Assembly: GCA_965243525.1 (NCBI GenBank)
Contig: OZ251568.1
Coordinates: 370,389 to 434,388 of the forward strand
Direction: 5' to 3'
Origin: Spirochaetia bacterium
GTDB lineage: Bacteria; Spirochaetota; Spirochaetia; WTKD01
Length of the DNA: 64,000 bases
The position numbers and the translations under genes were made by a program. This document shows, one piece after another, positions 1-8,368 of this stretch (the first letter of the stretch is position 1; the number at the start of each line of letters is the position of its first letter). The notes beneath the pieces are model-generated. The model worked only from the letters and a program-made list of their open reading frames with translations, did not search any database and had not been told where the DNA came from.

Positions 1-356
1 AGAACGCCGAGTAATTCAACATTGCTCGTCTCTGGACTTCCCAGAAGAAACCCCTCCTGCGGGAAAATAAGCAGTCTATATCGTTGATTCGTCAATTCAT
101 CGAGAAAACTGCGTATCCTCGTTTCATAGCCAAGTCCTACGGTGTATGCTGCAATATTAGTCAACCCCCGTCGCAACTGCTCATAGGTAGCATTGTCTAC
201 CAGATATGCATAGAGTGAATCGATGGGGATATGTTGTGCCAGTGCCCCTTCGGTCGCTATGGCAGGAAATCGATTCTTCAAGACCGTTCTGACGTCCTGC
301 GAGAGGATTCCAAAACATTCGCGTATCCAGGCTTCTATGTTCTCATATGTTTTCAT
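1..356 (-). CDS. Tail/baseplate protein in the P2 gpI / Mu gp48 / XkdU position; 3' end outside the window
   Basis: Not in the ORF track (no stop reached). ATG at 356-354 overlaps the TGA of the gpJ-like ORF (ATGA). Hand translation MKTYENIEAWIRECFGILSQDVRTVLKNRFPAIATEGALAQH... stays open to position 1. The family call is by synteny only. Confidence 0.45.
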   Translation of the reverse strand, partial: MKTYENIEAWIRECFGILSQDVRTVLKNRFPAIATEGALAQHIPIDSLYAYLVDNATYEQLRRGLTNIAAYTVGLGYETRIRSFLDELTNQRYRLLIFPQEGFLLGSPETSNVELLGV

Positions 357-1498
357 TGGCTCTCAGTCCCATCTGAAAATCTAATCTGTGGTAAAAACCG
401 CTCGTAATCACCAGGCTGAACTACAGGGTGGTCAAAGACGATATGAATGGCATTAGATGCAATGCCTGCAGCATCGAAGCGGTTGTAGAGTTCAGACTCG
501 TAATAGGCTTCACCGATGCGCAGATTGTGCAGATACCCCTGTGTGATCCCTTCGATAAGCTCATAATCAAGCGATGCATCGTAGGCAATCTCAATAGTAT
601 CACGCGTCTCTCCCGTGAAATAATGTTCAGCGTCTTGGATACTGATGCGAGTCGTGATGAGCCTTGCTTCATCGAGCGCTACTCTAATCTGTTCTCGCTC
701 TTCATTCTGAGCATCAGCGCCATTCTTCGTTGAAATCCAGAGGATGAAGTTTGAATATGTCGTTGAACTGATGCGTTCAATGCGCGCATCGAAAATAAAC
801 TGCTTTGCAATCGCCTCGTAATGTGCACTGATGTCCCCTTGGATCAAGAGCTTCCAATGATTTTGAATCTCATTCCGATAATAAGCATCATCCCAACGAT
901 CAGTCCCAAGTTCTATGGCCGTGTTGATTCCATCATACTCGATCTCTTGTTCAACAAGTTCATCTCCTGGACGATCATAGGTCAGTATGCTGTTCTCAGG
1001 GGGGCGTGAACGCAACCCGGTGATGTTTGAAACAAGCTGTAATTCACCTGAAGTAATATCCCTTGTGTTATCAAGTTCAAAATCCTCTGCTGCGTTGAAC
1101 TCGATACCGGTTTCTTCTGTTCTGCGTTCTTGTGTTTCCGGATCAACTTCAATAATCTGCCCCGTAAAAACCTTTGCGCCTTGCGGAATAGAAAGCGACT
1201 GGACGTCGGGAAGATTGAGAGAAACCCGAAGCGTTATACGCGTGGGAGTCTCCTCTTGACGGGGAAGGTCGAGCATGCGCCCGAAATTATCCAGATAGAA
1301 CCCCCGTGCAGTATCGATATTGAGCTGTTCTTCTACAAAATGCAGGTCTCGATAGACATCCTTCATCAGGCTATCCATGAGTTCTGCAAGGCCGCGCATC
1401 ACTCCCACAGAAGACTGCAGTGACAATTCTGTCTTTTCGCGCGCAAGGGAGAAGATTGCCTCTCTCCTCCCTTCATCGCTTAACCGTAAATAACTCAT
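353..1498 (-). CDS. Baseplate J-like protein (P2 gpJ / Mu gp47 / T4 gp6 class)
   Basis: 381 aa. The start overlaps the stop of the gp25-like ORF. Its size and its position between a gp25-like gene and a gpI-position gene fit this class, and the sequence character fits Baseplate_J by recognition, not by search. Confidence 0.7.
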   Translation of the reverse strand: MSYLRLSDEGRREAIFSLAREKTELSLQSSVGVMRGLAELMDSLMKDVYRDLHFVEEQLNIDTARGFYLDNFGRMLDLPRQEETPTRITLRVSLNLPDVQSLSIPQGAKVFTGQIIEVDPETQERRTEETGIEFNAAEDFELDNTRDITSGELQLVSNITGLRSRPPENSILTYDRPGDELVEQEIEYDGINTAIELGTDRWDDAYYRNEIQNHWKLLIQGDISAHYEAIAKQFIFDARIERISSTTYSNFILWISTKNGADAQNEEREQIRVALDEARLITTRISIQDAEHYFTGETRDTIEIAYDASLDYELIEGITQGYLHNLRIGEAYYESELYNRFDAAGIASNAIHIVFDHPVVQPGDYERFLPQIRFSDGTESQ

Positions 1499-1833
1499 AT
1501 CGCTACCTCCAAGGTTTCAGACCCATCACCGCTGACAAAGGCAATGTGGAAGAAATCCCCCCCATCGCTCACCGAAAAGGAGGTGATCTCCGGCATCGCC
1601 TTGCAAATTCGGATCAACTCGTTTTTCATCTGGGCACGAGAAACCGTGTCGTTTAAAAAATGTGGCACATTGCTGCCAGCATCGGGGTCCCAAGGCAGAT
1701 GCCCCTTTAGGATTTGCATCGATCGGGTGAGATTCTGCGCAATAAGCGCGTTGTCGCTGACTAAACGCAGATCATTCGTCTCTGGATCAACTTGCACATC
1801 GAGGCTGTCGGGGTTCCAAGCGATATCAGTCAT
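1495..1833 (-). CDS. gp25/GpW-like baseplate wedge protein
   Basis: The ORF track gives 1495-1890. I prefer the ATG at 1833, which has GAGGAG 7 nt upstream and an ATGACTGA overlap with the upstream stop. ~112 aa. ...DLRLVSDNALIAQNLTRSMQILKGHLPWDPDAGS... is the pattern typical of the GPW_gp25 family. Confidence 0.65.
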   Translation of the reverse strand: MTDIAWNPDSLDVQVDPETNDLRLVSDNALIAQNLTRSMQILKGHLPWDPDAGSNVPHFLNDTVSRAQMKNELIRICKAMPEITSFSVSDGGDFFHIAFVSGDGSETLEVAI

Positions 1834-2122
1834 TGCCATCCTCCTCATAGGTGATTTCCGCACTGTGCTCAGCAAGAGTCGTGCTGCCACTCAGATCATA
1901 ATCCTCGCCCCCGACGTTCGTTATAAAATCGCCTGCCCCAATCGTCTGTGCAGGAACTCTGATCCGTAACCCTTGCAGAAAGCGGTCAAAGAGCTCTGCG
2001 AGAATTTCTGCATAGGGTTCTAGCTCTGCTTCAGTGAGGCGATCGCGCACAGTCTGTGGAATTAATTCCCGCAAACGCTCAACATAGGTGTTTTTTATGC
2101 TGTTTTTAAGTTGCTCATTCAT
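1826..2122 (-). CDS. Small acidic baseplate-module protein, function unknown (XkdR-like position)
   Basis: 98 aa, translationally coupled on both sides (ATGAATGA overlap at 2115-2122). It sits between the hub/spike gene and the gp25-like gene. Confidence 0.4.
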   Translation of the reverse strand: MNEQLKNSIKNTYVERLRELIPQTVRDRLTEAELEPYAEILAELFDRFLQGLRIRVPAQTIGAGDFITNVGGEDYDLSGSTTLAEHSAEITYEEDGND

Positions 2123-3320
2123 AGAATAATCCTCCTATTTTTCCTTGTAATTCTGTGATACTTGGCGTAACTGTTGACGGATCAATGAACTGCTTGGTCG
2201 GTGATCCAACCGTTCCAATCTGCAAAAAGACATCAAGGATCTGTGATAAGATATCCTTTAGGCTTGCAGCTGCTGTCTTAAATCCAAAAAGATTCTGGTT
2301 TGCATCGAGGCTCAGGCTTGCAGTGCCGTCGGTAAGCTCATAGGCATCCTTTGATCCAAAACATTGGAGCACCACGGGAAAGCCAGGGTTGTCATCGATA
2401 TACCCAATCAGAACAAAAGAACCAACTCCCGGAAGGGAATAGGCACTCTTGGACTCTGCCCATTGTTGGGAGACGACTAAGGCATCACAGAAGAATCCTG
2501 TTTTTTCAAGTGATCCCGGTGTGAGAAGCTCTGCCTTCAGGCTACCTTGCTGAGCATCAACCGCACGCACAACGGCCAATTGGAGCCTTGGAGCCATCGC
2601 TTCCCTGTTCAACTGCGCTGCCCCATCTGGATAGAGAAAGAGCTTGTGCGTATCAACCGTATAGATCAGATGTGATCGAGCCACATGGCTGCTCTTCCCA
2701 TCGATGCTGATCGGCTGCGACTGGCGGGCGATGACCTTCTGCGGCAAAACAAGGATGCGATCGTCGTAGCGTTTGAGGATGTTCTCCCCGGTCTGCAAAC
2801 GTATCGATGATCCTTGCAACGGTGTCTTTTCGATGTGCAAAATGTCATCCGCATCACAGAAGATGCGATACTCCTGCATATCCTGGCCATAGGCCTGCAA
2901 GGCATCAAAGAGCAATTGCAAGGCTCGATGTCCTGGTGTCTCGTATACATGAAAGTTTCGCAAAACCTGTGCAGGAATTGCAACGGATATCGTGGATATT
3001 CCACAGAGGGTGCAAATCTCTTCTGCAAGCTGCTTTGCTGATCGTCGTGCATACGATATGGAAATCGGCGTATAGAGTTTTTCAGCCTGATCAAGCACAT
3101 AAGCTTGGATGTACTGATGCGTTCGGGTGATATGTCCCAAGACCCCCGTGGCAATGCGTGTCTTGTCTAGACTTATCTCCACCGGAGCATCTGCTTGCAT
3201 CGCCGATTCTTCACTTATGGGTACACGTATTATAGTAGTGCTAAAGGGGCTCGAACGATCAGTGATAGATTCGATGCGCTGTACGAGTCGCAGCGATCCC
3301 TGTATACGCAGTTCAATCAC
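2115..3320 (-). CDS. Baseplate hub / central spike fusion (gpD/Mu gp44-like N-terminal part + gpV/gp5 OB-fold-like C-terminal part)
   Basis: 401 aa. The C-terminal segment AVVRAVDAQQGSLKAELLTPG...GVGSFVLIGYIDDNPGFPVVLQCF resembles the Phage_base_V OB-fold motif. The N-terminal ~260 aa occupy the gpD/XkdQ position after the tape measure and GpU-like genes. Confidence 0.55.
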   Translation of the reverse strand: MIELRIQGSLRLVQRIESITDRSSPFSTTIIRVPISEESAMQADAPVEISLDKTRIATGVLGHITRTHQYIQAYVLDQAEKLYTPISISYARRSAKQLAEEICTLCGISTISVAIPAQVLRNFHVYETPGHRALQLLFDALQAYGQDMQEYRIFCDADDILHIEKTPLQGSSIRLQTGENILKRYDDRILVLPQKVIARQSQPISIDGKSSHVARSHLIYTVDTHKLFLYPDGAAQLNREAMAPRLQLAVVRAVDAQQGSLKAELLTPGSLEKTGFFCDALVVSQQWAESKSAYSLPGVGSFVLIGYIDDNPGFPVVLQCFGSKDAYELTDGTASLSLDANQNLFGFKTAAASLKDILSQILDVFLQIGTVGSPTKQFIDPSTVTPSITELQGKIGGLFYE

Positions 3321-3834
3321 GAGGAGTCCCCCGCGAATAATTGTTCAGGGCTTCACGATGCTCGGGACTTTCTTCAATTGAATAAGCAGGTGCCGCTGGT
3401 TCCGGAGTATCTGTGCTGATTCCTGTGATGCGTCGCTGAGTTGCTACCTCAACGAATGCAAGGTCAGCACCCACCAAGGAATCCTTTGCATACGAGAAAG
3501 ACAAGGATGTCCAATAAACCTCGTATACACCAATTGCGTTGATGTAATCCTGTTCGATACTATGAACTACGGGAATGCCCTGTTGTGAGCGTTCAAACTC
3601 TGTTTGCAGGGTCTCAATTTGCGTATCGATGCTCATGTTTTCATCGGGCACGAGCAACAAAGACACGCTGATTGTGATGTCATCATAGCCAGAGAGAACT
3701 TTCTCGGTTTTGGACGCCCCCTCTGCTTTAGAGCTATCCATGATGATCTTGCCATCAATGCTGATGTTCTCAACCACGCCAACAAGGCGTTTCTGATCGA
3801 GAAGTATTTCTGAACCATCATAGTTAAATATCAT
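3313..3834 (-). CDS. GpU / DNA_circ_N-like tail protein (tube-baseplate adaptor class)
   Basis: 173 aa immediately downstream of the tape measure gene. GYDDITISVSLLLVP resembles the P2 GpU motif G.D.D.ITL.G.LLP, and later blocks (IGVYEVY..., ADLAFVEV) are colinear with GpU. Confidence 0.5.
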   Translation of the reverse strand: MIFNYDGSEILLDQKRLVGVVENISIDGKIIMDSSKAEGASKTEKVLSGYDDITISVSLLLVPDENMSIDTQIETLQTEFERSQQGIPVVHSIEQDYINAIGVYEVYWTSLSFSYAKDSLVGADLAFVEVATQRRITGISTDTPEPAAPAYSIEESPEHREALNNYSRGTPRD

Positions 3835-5705
3835 GCATAACTCCGTTTATATCCGCTTGCGCTCTCAAGGATGCGCATAAAACTCATAAGATCTTCAATT
3901 TCAGATGCCTGAACGATGAGTTTCTCGATGTTGATCCGCGAAGGTCGTGGAGAAGCCATCATGCGATCCTGTGATCCTGGTTTCTGATCTGCTTGCTTAA
4001 AGGCAAATGCCTTGCTCACTGTTTGCGAGAGCGTATGCTTGTTGTCATCCACCCCCTTGGCAATCGTCTGCGGGATGCTCCTTCCTGCAGCGCTCAAATG
4101 CGCAAAAGGTCCCCGCTTGGCATCACTCTGTGGGAGAAACTCCCCTGTTTTGCTAAACTGCATCTTGAGAGCCTCTTGCAGGGCAGGGTTGTCTGCTGCT
4201 CCCTCAGCCATGGTATCGATGAGCTCAGACCCTGCATTTTTGGAGCGATTAAACAGTTTTCCGAAGAACTCACCTATCACCTCGAAAGGTCGTGCAATGA
4301 AAGAGACAAGATCAGTTACCGCAGTGATGATCCCTTCAAAAAATTCGCCGATCCATTCCCAAACACTGGTGAAAATGCCAACAAAGAAATCCTTAACAGA
4401 GCTAAAAACTCCCTTGATTCCCTCCCAAAGCCCGGTGAAGGCGCCAATGAGGAACTCCCCACCTGTTTCAATAAATCCTATGATCCACTCCCAAACACCG
4501 GTGAAGATGCCAACAAAGAAATCCTTGACAGTGCTAAAAACCATCTTGATTCCCTCCCAAAGCCCGGTGAAGGCGCCAATGAGGAATTCTCCGGCTACTT
4601 CAATAGATCCTGTGATCCAGTCCCAAACACTGGTGAAAACTCCTACGAAGAAATCCTTGACGGTGTTGAAAACCATTTTGATTCCTTCCCAGAGGTTCAC
4701 AAAAAATTCGCTGATCGGTTCCCAATACTTGATTATCAACATGGGAATCGGCGCAACGATCCACAAGAGTACCTGGACGCCAACTTCAAAGGCCTGTTTG
4801 ATTCCATCCCAAATATTGGTGAAGATCTCAACGAGAAAATCTTTTGCCCCGTTAAAAAATCCTACGATCCAATCCCAGACTCCGGTGAAAATTCCAACGA
4901 AAAAATCCTTAACCGTACTGAAAACATCTTTGATCCAATCCCAAACGCTGGTGAAAATCTGTTTAATGCCCTCCCAGAGGTTGACGAAGAATTCACTGAT
5001 CGGTTCCCAGTATTTGATCACCAAAAACACGATAGCAGCCAATACCAAAATAGCTGCAATGATCAACAAGATTGGCCAGAGTGCTGACCAGTTGGCAACC
5101 GCCCAAGTAATCATCGTTGGGATGACTTTGGCAATTCCTCCCTTCATAGCCTTCAAGGAGTCCTTAAATTTTCCAAACCCATCTGTTATTATGGGAAGAT
5201 CTTTAAAATCCTTTACCGCCGAGGCAATCGATGCGATTGATCCAGCCGTACCTAAGGCATCTTTTCCAAAATTTAATAGTTTTGAACCAAGAGGAGAGAC
5301 ATTTTCTGATAACTGAGACGCTGCAGGACCTGCTTGCGCACCCAAGCTATCAGCAAGGGCAGAACCAGATGCGCCAGCACTCCCTGCACTGTGCATCGCA
5401 TTGGTTGATTCGGTGAGGGCATCGATTCCACTGACAGCAATACCGCTTGACGCCAAAACACTTGTCGCCATATCCCTGGCAGCTCCAGCGATTGCACGCA
5501 TGGAAGTTACCGCTTTTTCACCGGTAATGCTCGTTGCACCTAAGACCGTTGACACCCGATCCATGCCCGATTCAAAAGAATCTGCCAATTCATTCGGCAC
5601 ATCCAGTATAGATCGGAGCGAATCAAGCTTGTCATACAGTGTCTGCAAAGGCACCGAAAATTTGTCTTGCACGGTTATAGTTACTGCAGTGACCAGATCT
5701 GCCAT
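3831..5705 (-). CDS. Tail tape measure protein
   Basis: 624 aa and the largest tail ORF. It is preceded by AGGAG and follows the chaperone pair. It has an Ala/Ser/Gly-rich N-terminus, hydrophobic segments and multiple W/F-rich repeats (VKDFFVGIFTGVWDWI, GAFTGLWEGIK). Confidence 0.8.
   Translation of the reverse strand: MADLVTAVTITVQDKFSVPLQTLYDKLDSLRSILDVPNELADSFESGMDRVSTVLGATSITGEKAVTSMRAIAGAARDMATSVLASSGIAVSGIDALTESTNAMHSAGSAGASGSALADSLGAQAGPAASQLSENVSPLGSKLLNFGKDALGTAGSIASIASAVKDFKDLPIITDGFGKFKDSLKAMKGGIAKVIPTMITWAVANWSALWPILLIIAAILVLAAIVFLVIKYWEPISEFFVNLWEGIKQIFTSVWDWIKDVFSTVKDFFVGIFTGVWDWIVGFFNGAKDFLVEIFTNIWDGIKQAFEVGVQVLLWIVAPIPMLIIKYWEPISEFFVNLWEGIKMVFNTVKDFFVGVFTSVWDWITGSIEVAGEFLIGAFTGLWEGIKMVFSTVKDFFVGIFTGVWEWIIGFIETGGEFLIGAFTGLWEGIKGVFSSVKDFFVGIFTSVWEWIGEFFEGIITAVTDLVSFIARPFEVIGEFFGKLFNRSKNAGSELIDTMAEGAADNPALQEALKMQFSKTGEFLPQSDAKRGPFAHLSAAGRSIPQTIAKGVDDNKHTLSQTVSKAFAFKQADQKPGSQDRMMASPRPSRINIEKLIVQASEIEDLMSFMRILESASGYKRSYA
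4326..5021 (-). repeat. Internal tandem repeats in the tape measure gene (W/F-rich units; YWEPISEFFVNLWEGIK x2, VKDFFVG(I/V)FT(G/S)VW(D/E)WI x4, GEFLIGAFTGLWEGIK x2)
   Basis: The repeats are seen directly in the translated sequence (aa ~229-460). They also generate the long spurious plus-strand ORFs 3993-5087 and 4012-5316. Confidence 0.85.
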
Positions 5706-5822
5706 CTATTCAAACTCCTATTTTATTCCATGCCAGAGGGAATGCCCCTGGCAGTTCATACTTTCCAACCAGCATACTTTGTTCTAGATGCCAATGCACA
5801 TATGCTCGCGTATCCACCACGG

Positions 5823-6331
5823 TCATCGATCTCCATCGATTGCCTTGACGATCGCCTCACGAAGCACTCCTACCTGCAATTCACGCACGAAATGTGCCTC
5901 GCTGAGCAAGATCGTTGCGCTATCAATCGGGTAATCTTCTACATCAATTCCCAAAAAATAGCGGATGTAGATACGCATCTTGGCTATATCGCCTAGAGCT
6001 CCTTGGAGCTTACCGCTGGGCTGCTCCCGAAAAAAGGGGTGATCACCGTGTCGATGAAACTCCCCACTGGCAAGGGATAATCCTCCAACTGGGTGACTAT
6101 ATCCTTGCTATCAGGCTTGACAATAATCGAGGCAAGCAAGCCCAATTGGGCACTCAAGGGTGCCTTTTGGATGCTCGCCTGGAAACGCTCGATATCACTG
6201 ACTCGCGGTCGTCGATAGACGAACTGCAATTCATGAACAGTCGCGGACTCATCAGAAAAACTGATGCTGCCTTGATATATCTTTCCATACTGTTTTTTCA
6301 GTTGCTCAATATCTGCTTCTTCTATGTGCAT
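5823..6331 (-). CDS. Predicted -1 frameshift product of the tail assembly chaperone (GT / E+E' type)
   Basis: A slippery heptamer T_TTT_TTC lies in the zero frame at 6035-6029, 12 codons before the stop. The -1 frame stays open for 67 more codons (REQPSGKLQGALGDIAKMRIYIRYFLGIDVEDYPIDSATILLSEAHFVRELQVGVLREAIVKAIDGDR) to TGA at 5825-5823. Confidence 0.5.
5993..6331 (-). CDS. Tail assembly chaperone (lambda G / P2 E position)
   Basis: 112 aa ORF between the tube and tape measure genes. It contains the frameshift site near its 3' end. Confidence 0.6.
   Translation of the reverse strand: MHIEEADIEQLKKQYGKIYQGSISFSDESATVHELQFVYRRPRVSDIERFQASIQKAPLSAQLGLLASIIVKPDSKDIVTQLEDYPLPVGSFIDTVITPFFGSSPAVSSKEL
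6029..6035 (-). promoter_or_regulatory. -1 programmed ribosomal frameshift slippery site (U UUU UUC)
   Basis: The mRNA reads acc cct ttt ttc ggg. It fits X_XXY_YYZ in the zero frame and is followed by small GGAGC/GCTCC stem options. Confidence 0.5.
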
Positions 6332-6340
6332 GTTCTTCCC

Positions 6341-6781
6341 TTACACCGCCGTATAGGCTGGAATGCCGTCACGGACAATCGGTTGGACTAATTCACCTGA
6401 GATCTTCACCTTCAAATAGGTGTCACCCTTTGTTGCAGAAAAATCTCGTGACTTGAATTTCACCACAAGGTTCACCACAATCGGCGCACTGCTTGGATCG
6501 ACGGCATAGACCACGACCACCGGCACCGCATGATTGTTATAAAACCCACCGGAATTGTTCATATACTGTTCAAATGTCTGATAGTCCTCTTGCCCAAGCT
6601 CGATATCACATTTACCGCTATAGGCGCCTCGGCCAATCCCAACGGGCAGGTTGTGCCGTCCCGTGATGACCTCGTCAGCTTTTTCATCGCTATAGTTGAT
6701 GCTCTCTGCAAGCACGGGAACCTGTCCATCCGGGAAAGTTATCTTGATACTTTCATAATCATATACAACACCGTTAATCAT
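6341..6781 (-). CDS. Tail tube protein
   Basis: 146 aa, coupled (ATGA) to the upstream sheath-like gene and followed by the chaperone and tape measure genes. The size and position are typical for a contractile-tail tube. Confidence 0.65.
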   Translation of the reverse strand: MINGVVYDYESIKITFPDGQVPVLAESINYSDEKADEVITGRHNLPVGIGRGAYSGKCDIELGQEDYQTFEQYMNNSGGFYNNHAVPVVVVYAVDPSSAPIVVNLVVKFKSRDFSATKGDTYLKVKISGELVQPIVRDGIPAYTAV

Positions 6782-7857
6782 AATGCCTCCTGTGTACTAA
6801 AGGATATTTCGTTTTCGATATAACTCAATTTGCCCAAGGGAACGATGCGGATTCTCACGCGTATGGTGTTTGTTTGGAGAATCTGATCGATGTCGTTGAG
6901 TTCAATCACAAAGTCGGTGATCTCACCGTTTGCCTGCATCTGATTCAAGGGCAATTCACATATGGCCTTGAACATTTCCAACTCTTCAACACTCACCGCT
7001 ATGGTGTCGTTTACAAATTGCAATTGTGCAGCTCTGACCAATCGACAGGCGCGATTCATGACGCGTGTTTTTTCAACGGTGTCAAAATCACTGTCTGCGT
7101 CGCTGTCGATGCGTGCCAAGGTGATGAATATTCCGTCAGTACCATAGTATTCTCGAGCTACTGTATAACTATTACGTGACATATCAACAAGTTGACCATC
7201 GTTTAAAACTGGAGTGCGTCCACTTGCTAAAGGGATTGGTCCGTATTTGACTGCATCAACTGCTTCATGAGCTTGTCGGGCAAGTACCAAAGGCAGATAG
7301 GAAAACAAGAGCGGTTCGGTGCTCCCATCGGACAACGTAATATCCCCTGCAACATTTGCAAGACGCAAGGAACTCTGAGTTGAACGTTCTTCTCCCGTCA
7401 ATTTTGATATCCAGGTACCTATTCCCTCATTGTCCTGTGGCAAGCGGGGCCGCACGACTCCAAGGGTGTATTGATGACGCCCTGCTGCCTGCTTAAGCTG
7501 CAGCGCAAGATTACTCCAGGTGTTCGCATCAGTTACGTCAACAATGCTCAATACCTCGATTGGCTTGCTGTCCTCAAGGGCAAGTTTGATTGCATCTTGA
7601 TAGGGCTCTGCATTCTCGGTGCCAATTACATCCACTCCTCGCAAGCCTGTGTTCAGGGCTCTCGCCGCTGCCCTCCTAAGTTCACTGCTCCCGAGTTTTT
7701 CGAGACCTGCATCATCGGTGATACGCGTTATTGTATTCCATTTAAAATCGTCAGTTTCCTCCGCGATGCCGATGAGTACCAGTCGATCACTCGTATTTTT
7801 AAGACGACCCAATCCTCGCATAGCGATTGTGGTCTTGATACCAGGTAATTTATCCAT
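6778..7857 (-). CDS. Tail sheath protein (short form)
   Basis: 359 aa directly upstream of the tube gene. The N-terminal LPGIKTTI...LVLIGIAEE and the C-terminal RVMNRACRLVRAAQLQFV...GEITDFVIE blocks resemble sheath N- and C-terminal motifs. A sheath is required by the gp25/gpJ/gpV-type baseplate present here. Confidence 0.65.
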   Translation of the reverse strand: MDKLPGIKTTIAMRGLGRLKNTSDRLVLIGIAEETDDFKWNTITRITDDAGLEKLGSSELRRAAARALNTGLRGVDVIGTENAEPYQDAIKLALEDSKPIEVLSIVDVTDANTWSNLALQLKQAAGRHQYTLGVVRPRLPQDNEGIGTWISKLTGEERSTQSSLRLANVAGDITLSDGSTEPLLFSYLPLVLARQAHEAVDAVKYGPIPLASGRTPVLNDGQLVDMSRNSYTVAREYYGTDGIFITLARIDSDADSDFDTVEKTRVMNRACRLVRAAQLQFVNDTIAVSVEELEMFKAICELPLNQMQANGEITDFVIELNDIDQILQTNTIRVRIRIVPLGKLSYIENEISFSTQEAL

Positions 7858-8368
7858 TCATTTCCTCCTCTGATTCTGATACCTGCAGTGGATCCTCTGT
7901 CACTGCGCCAGCTAATGTTATTTCTAGATCTTGATATCTATCTCGTTCAAATATTATTGGCAGTGTTGCCGTATAATAGTCAGCATCTCGCAAAAACGTC
8001 GTATCGCGCTCTGAATCAACCTGCACGGTGCTCTGCGTTCTGCGCCATGGTGATGCATCAACAATGCTCGCCGTCAAATCAACACTTGATTGCTGCGTCG
8101 CCACATACAAGCTCAAACGACCATGAATCAGCTGCGTCCCGCGAATTCTGCGTCTGTTTTGGCCACCGTCTGCATCTTGCACCACGACAAGACGAGCCTT
8201 TTCAGCGTTTATCGTGCTTCCTTCCACAACAAAGAGTGCCGATGGATAGGTTCCACCTGCGTGGAAAGTCTGTGCATCTTGTTCGTTCCAGGCTATGTTG
8301 GTGATTTCCAACTCACTCAGGATTTCACGCACCCAGGCTTGCATATCTGTATAGATTTGCCTGCTCAT
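7850..8368 (-). CDS. Tail completion/terminator-like protein (Mu gp37/XkdJ position)
   Basis: The ORF track starts at a TTG at 8389. I prefer the ATG at 8368, which has GGAGAG upstream. ~172 aa, with an 8-nt overlap with the sheath gene. The function is inferred from position only. Confidence 0.4.
   Translation of the reverse strand: MSRQIYTDMQAWVREILSELEITNIAWNEQDAQTFHAGGTYPSALFVVEGSTINAEKARLVVVQDADGGQNRRRIRGTQLIHGRLSLYVATQQSSVDLTASIVDASPWRRTQSTVQVDSERDTTFLRDADYYTATLPIIFERDRYQDLEITLAGAVTEDPLQVSESEEEMNG

Noticed and set aside
3993-5316. Two long plus-strand ORFs (364 and 434 aa) antisense to the tape measure gene
   Set aside because: Their translations are monotonous repeats (…PNTGENANKEIL…, …SQTPVKMPTKKSL…) that simply mirror the TMP repeats. 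They have no RBS, and they lie on the opposite strand from a tightly coupled operon.
1-8368. Interpretation of the tail module as an eCIS/PVC/Afp-like or T6SS-like injection system
   Set aside because: There is no AAA+ ATPase, no duplicated tube/sheath paralogues and no T6SS membrane-complex genes. The gene order is Mu/P2/PBSX-like, with a frameshifting chaperone. The module sits behind a phage lysis cassette under a CI-type repressor. A phage-derived tail (tailocin or prophage) fits better.
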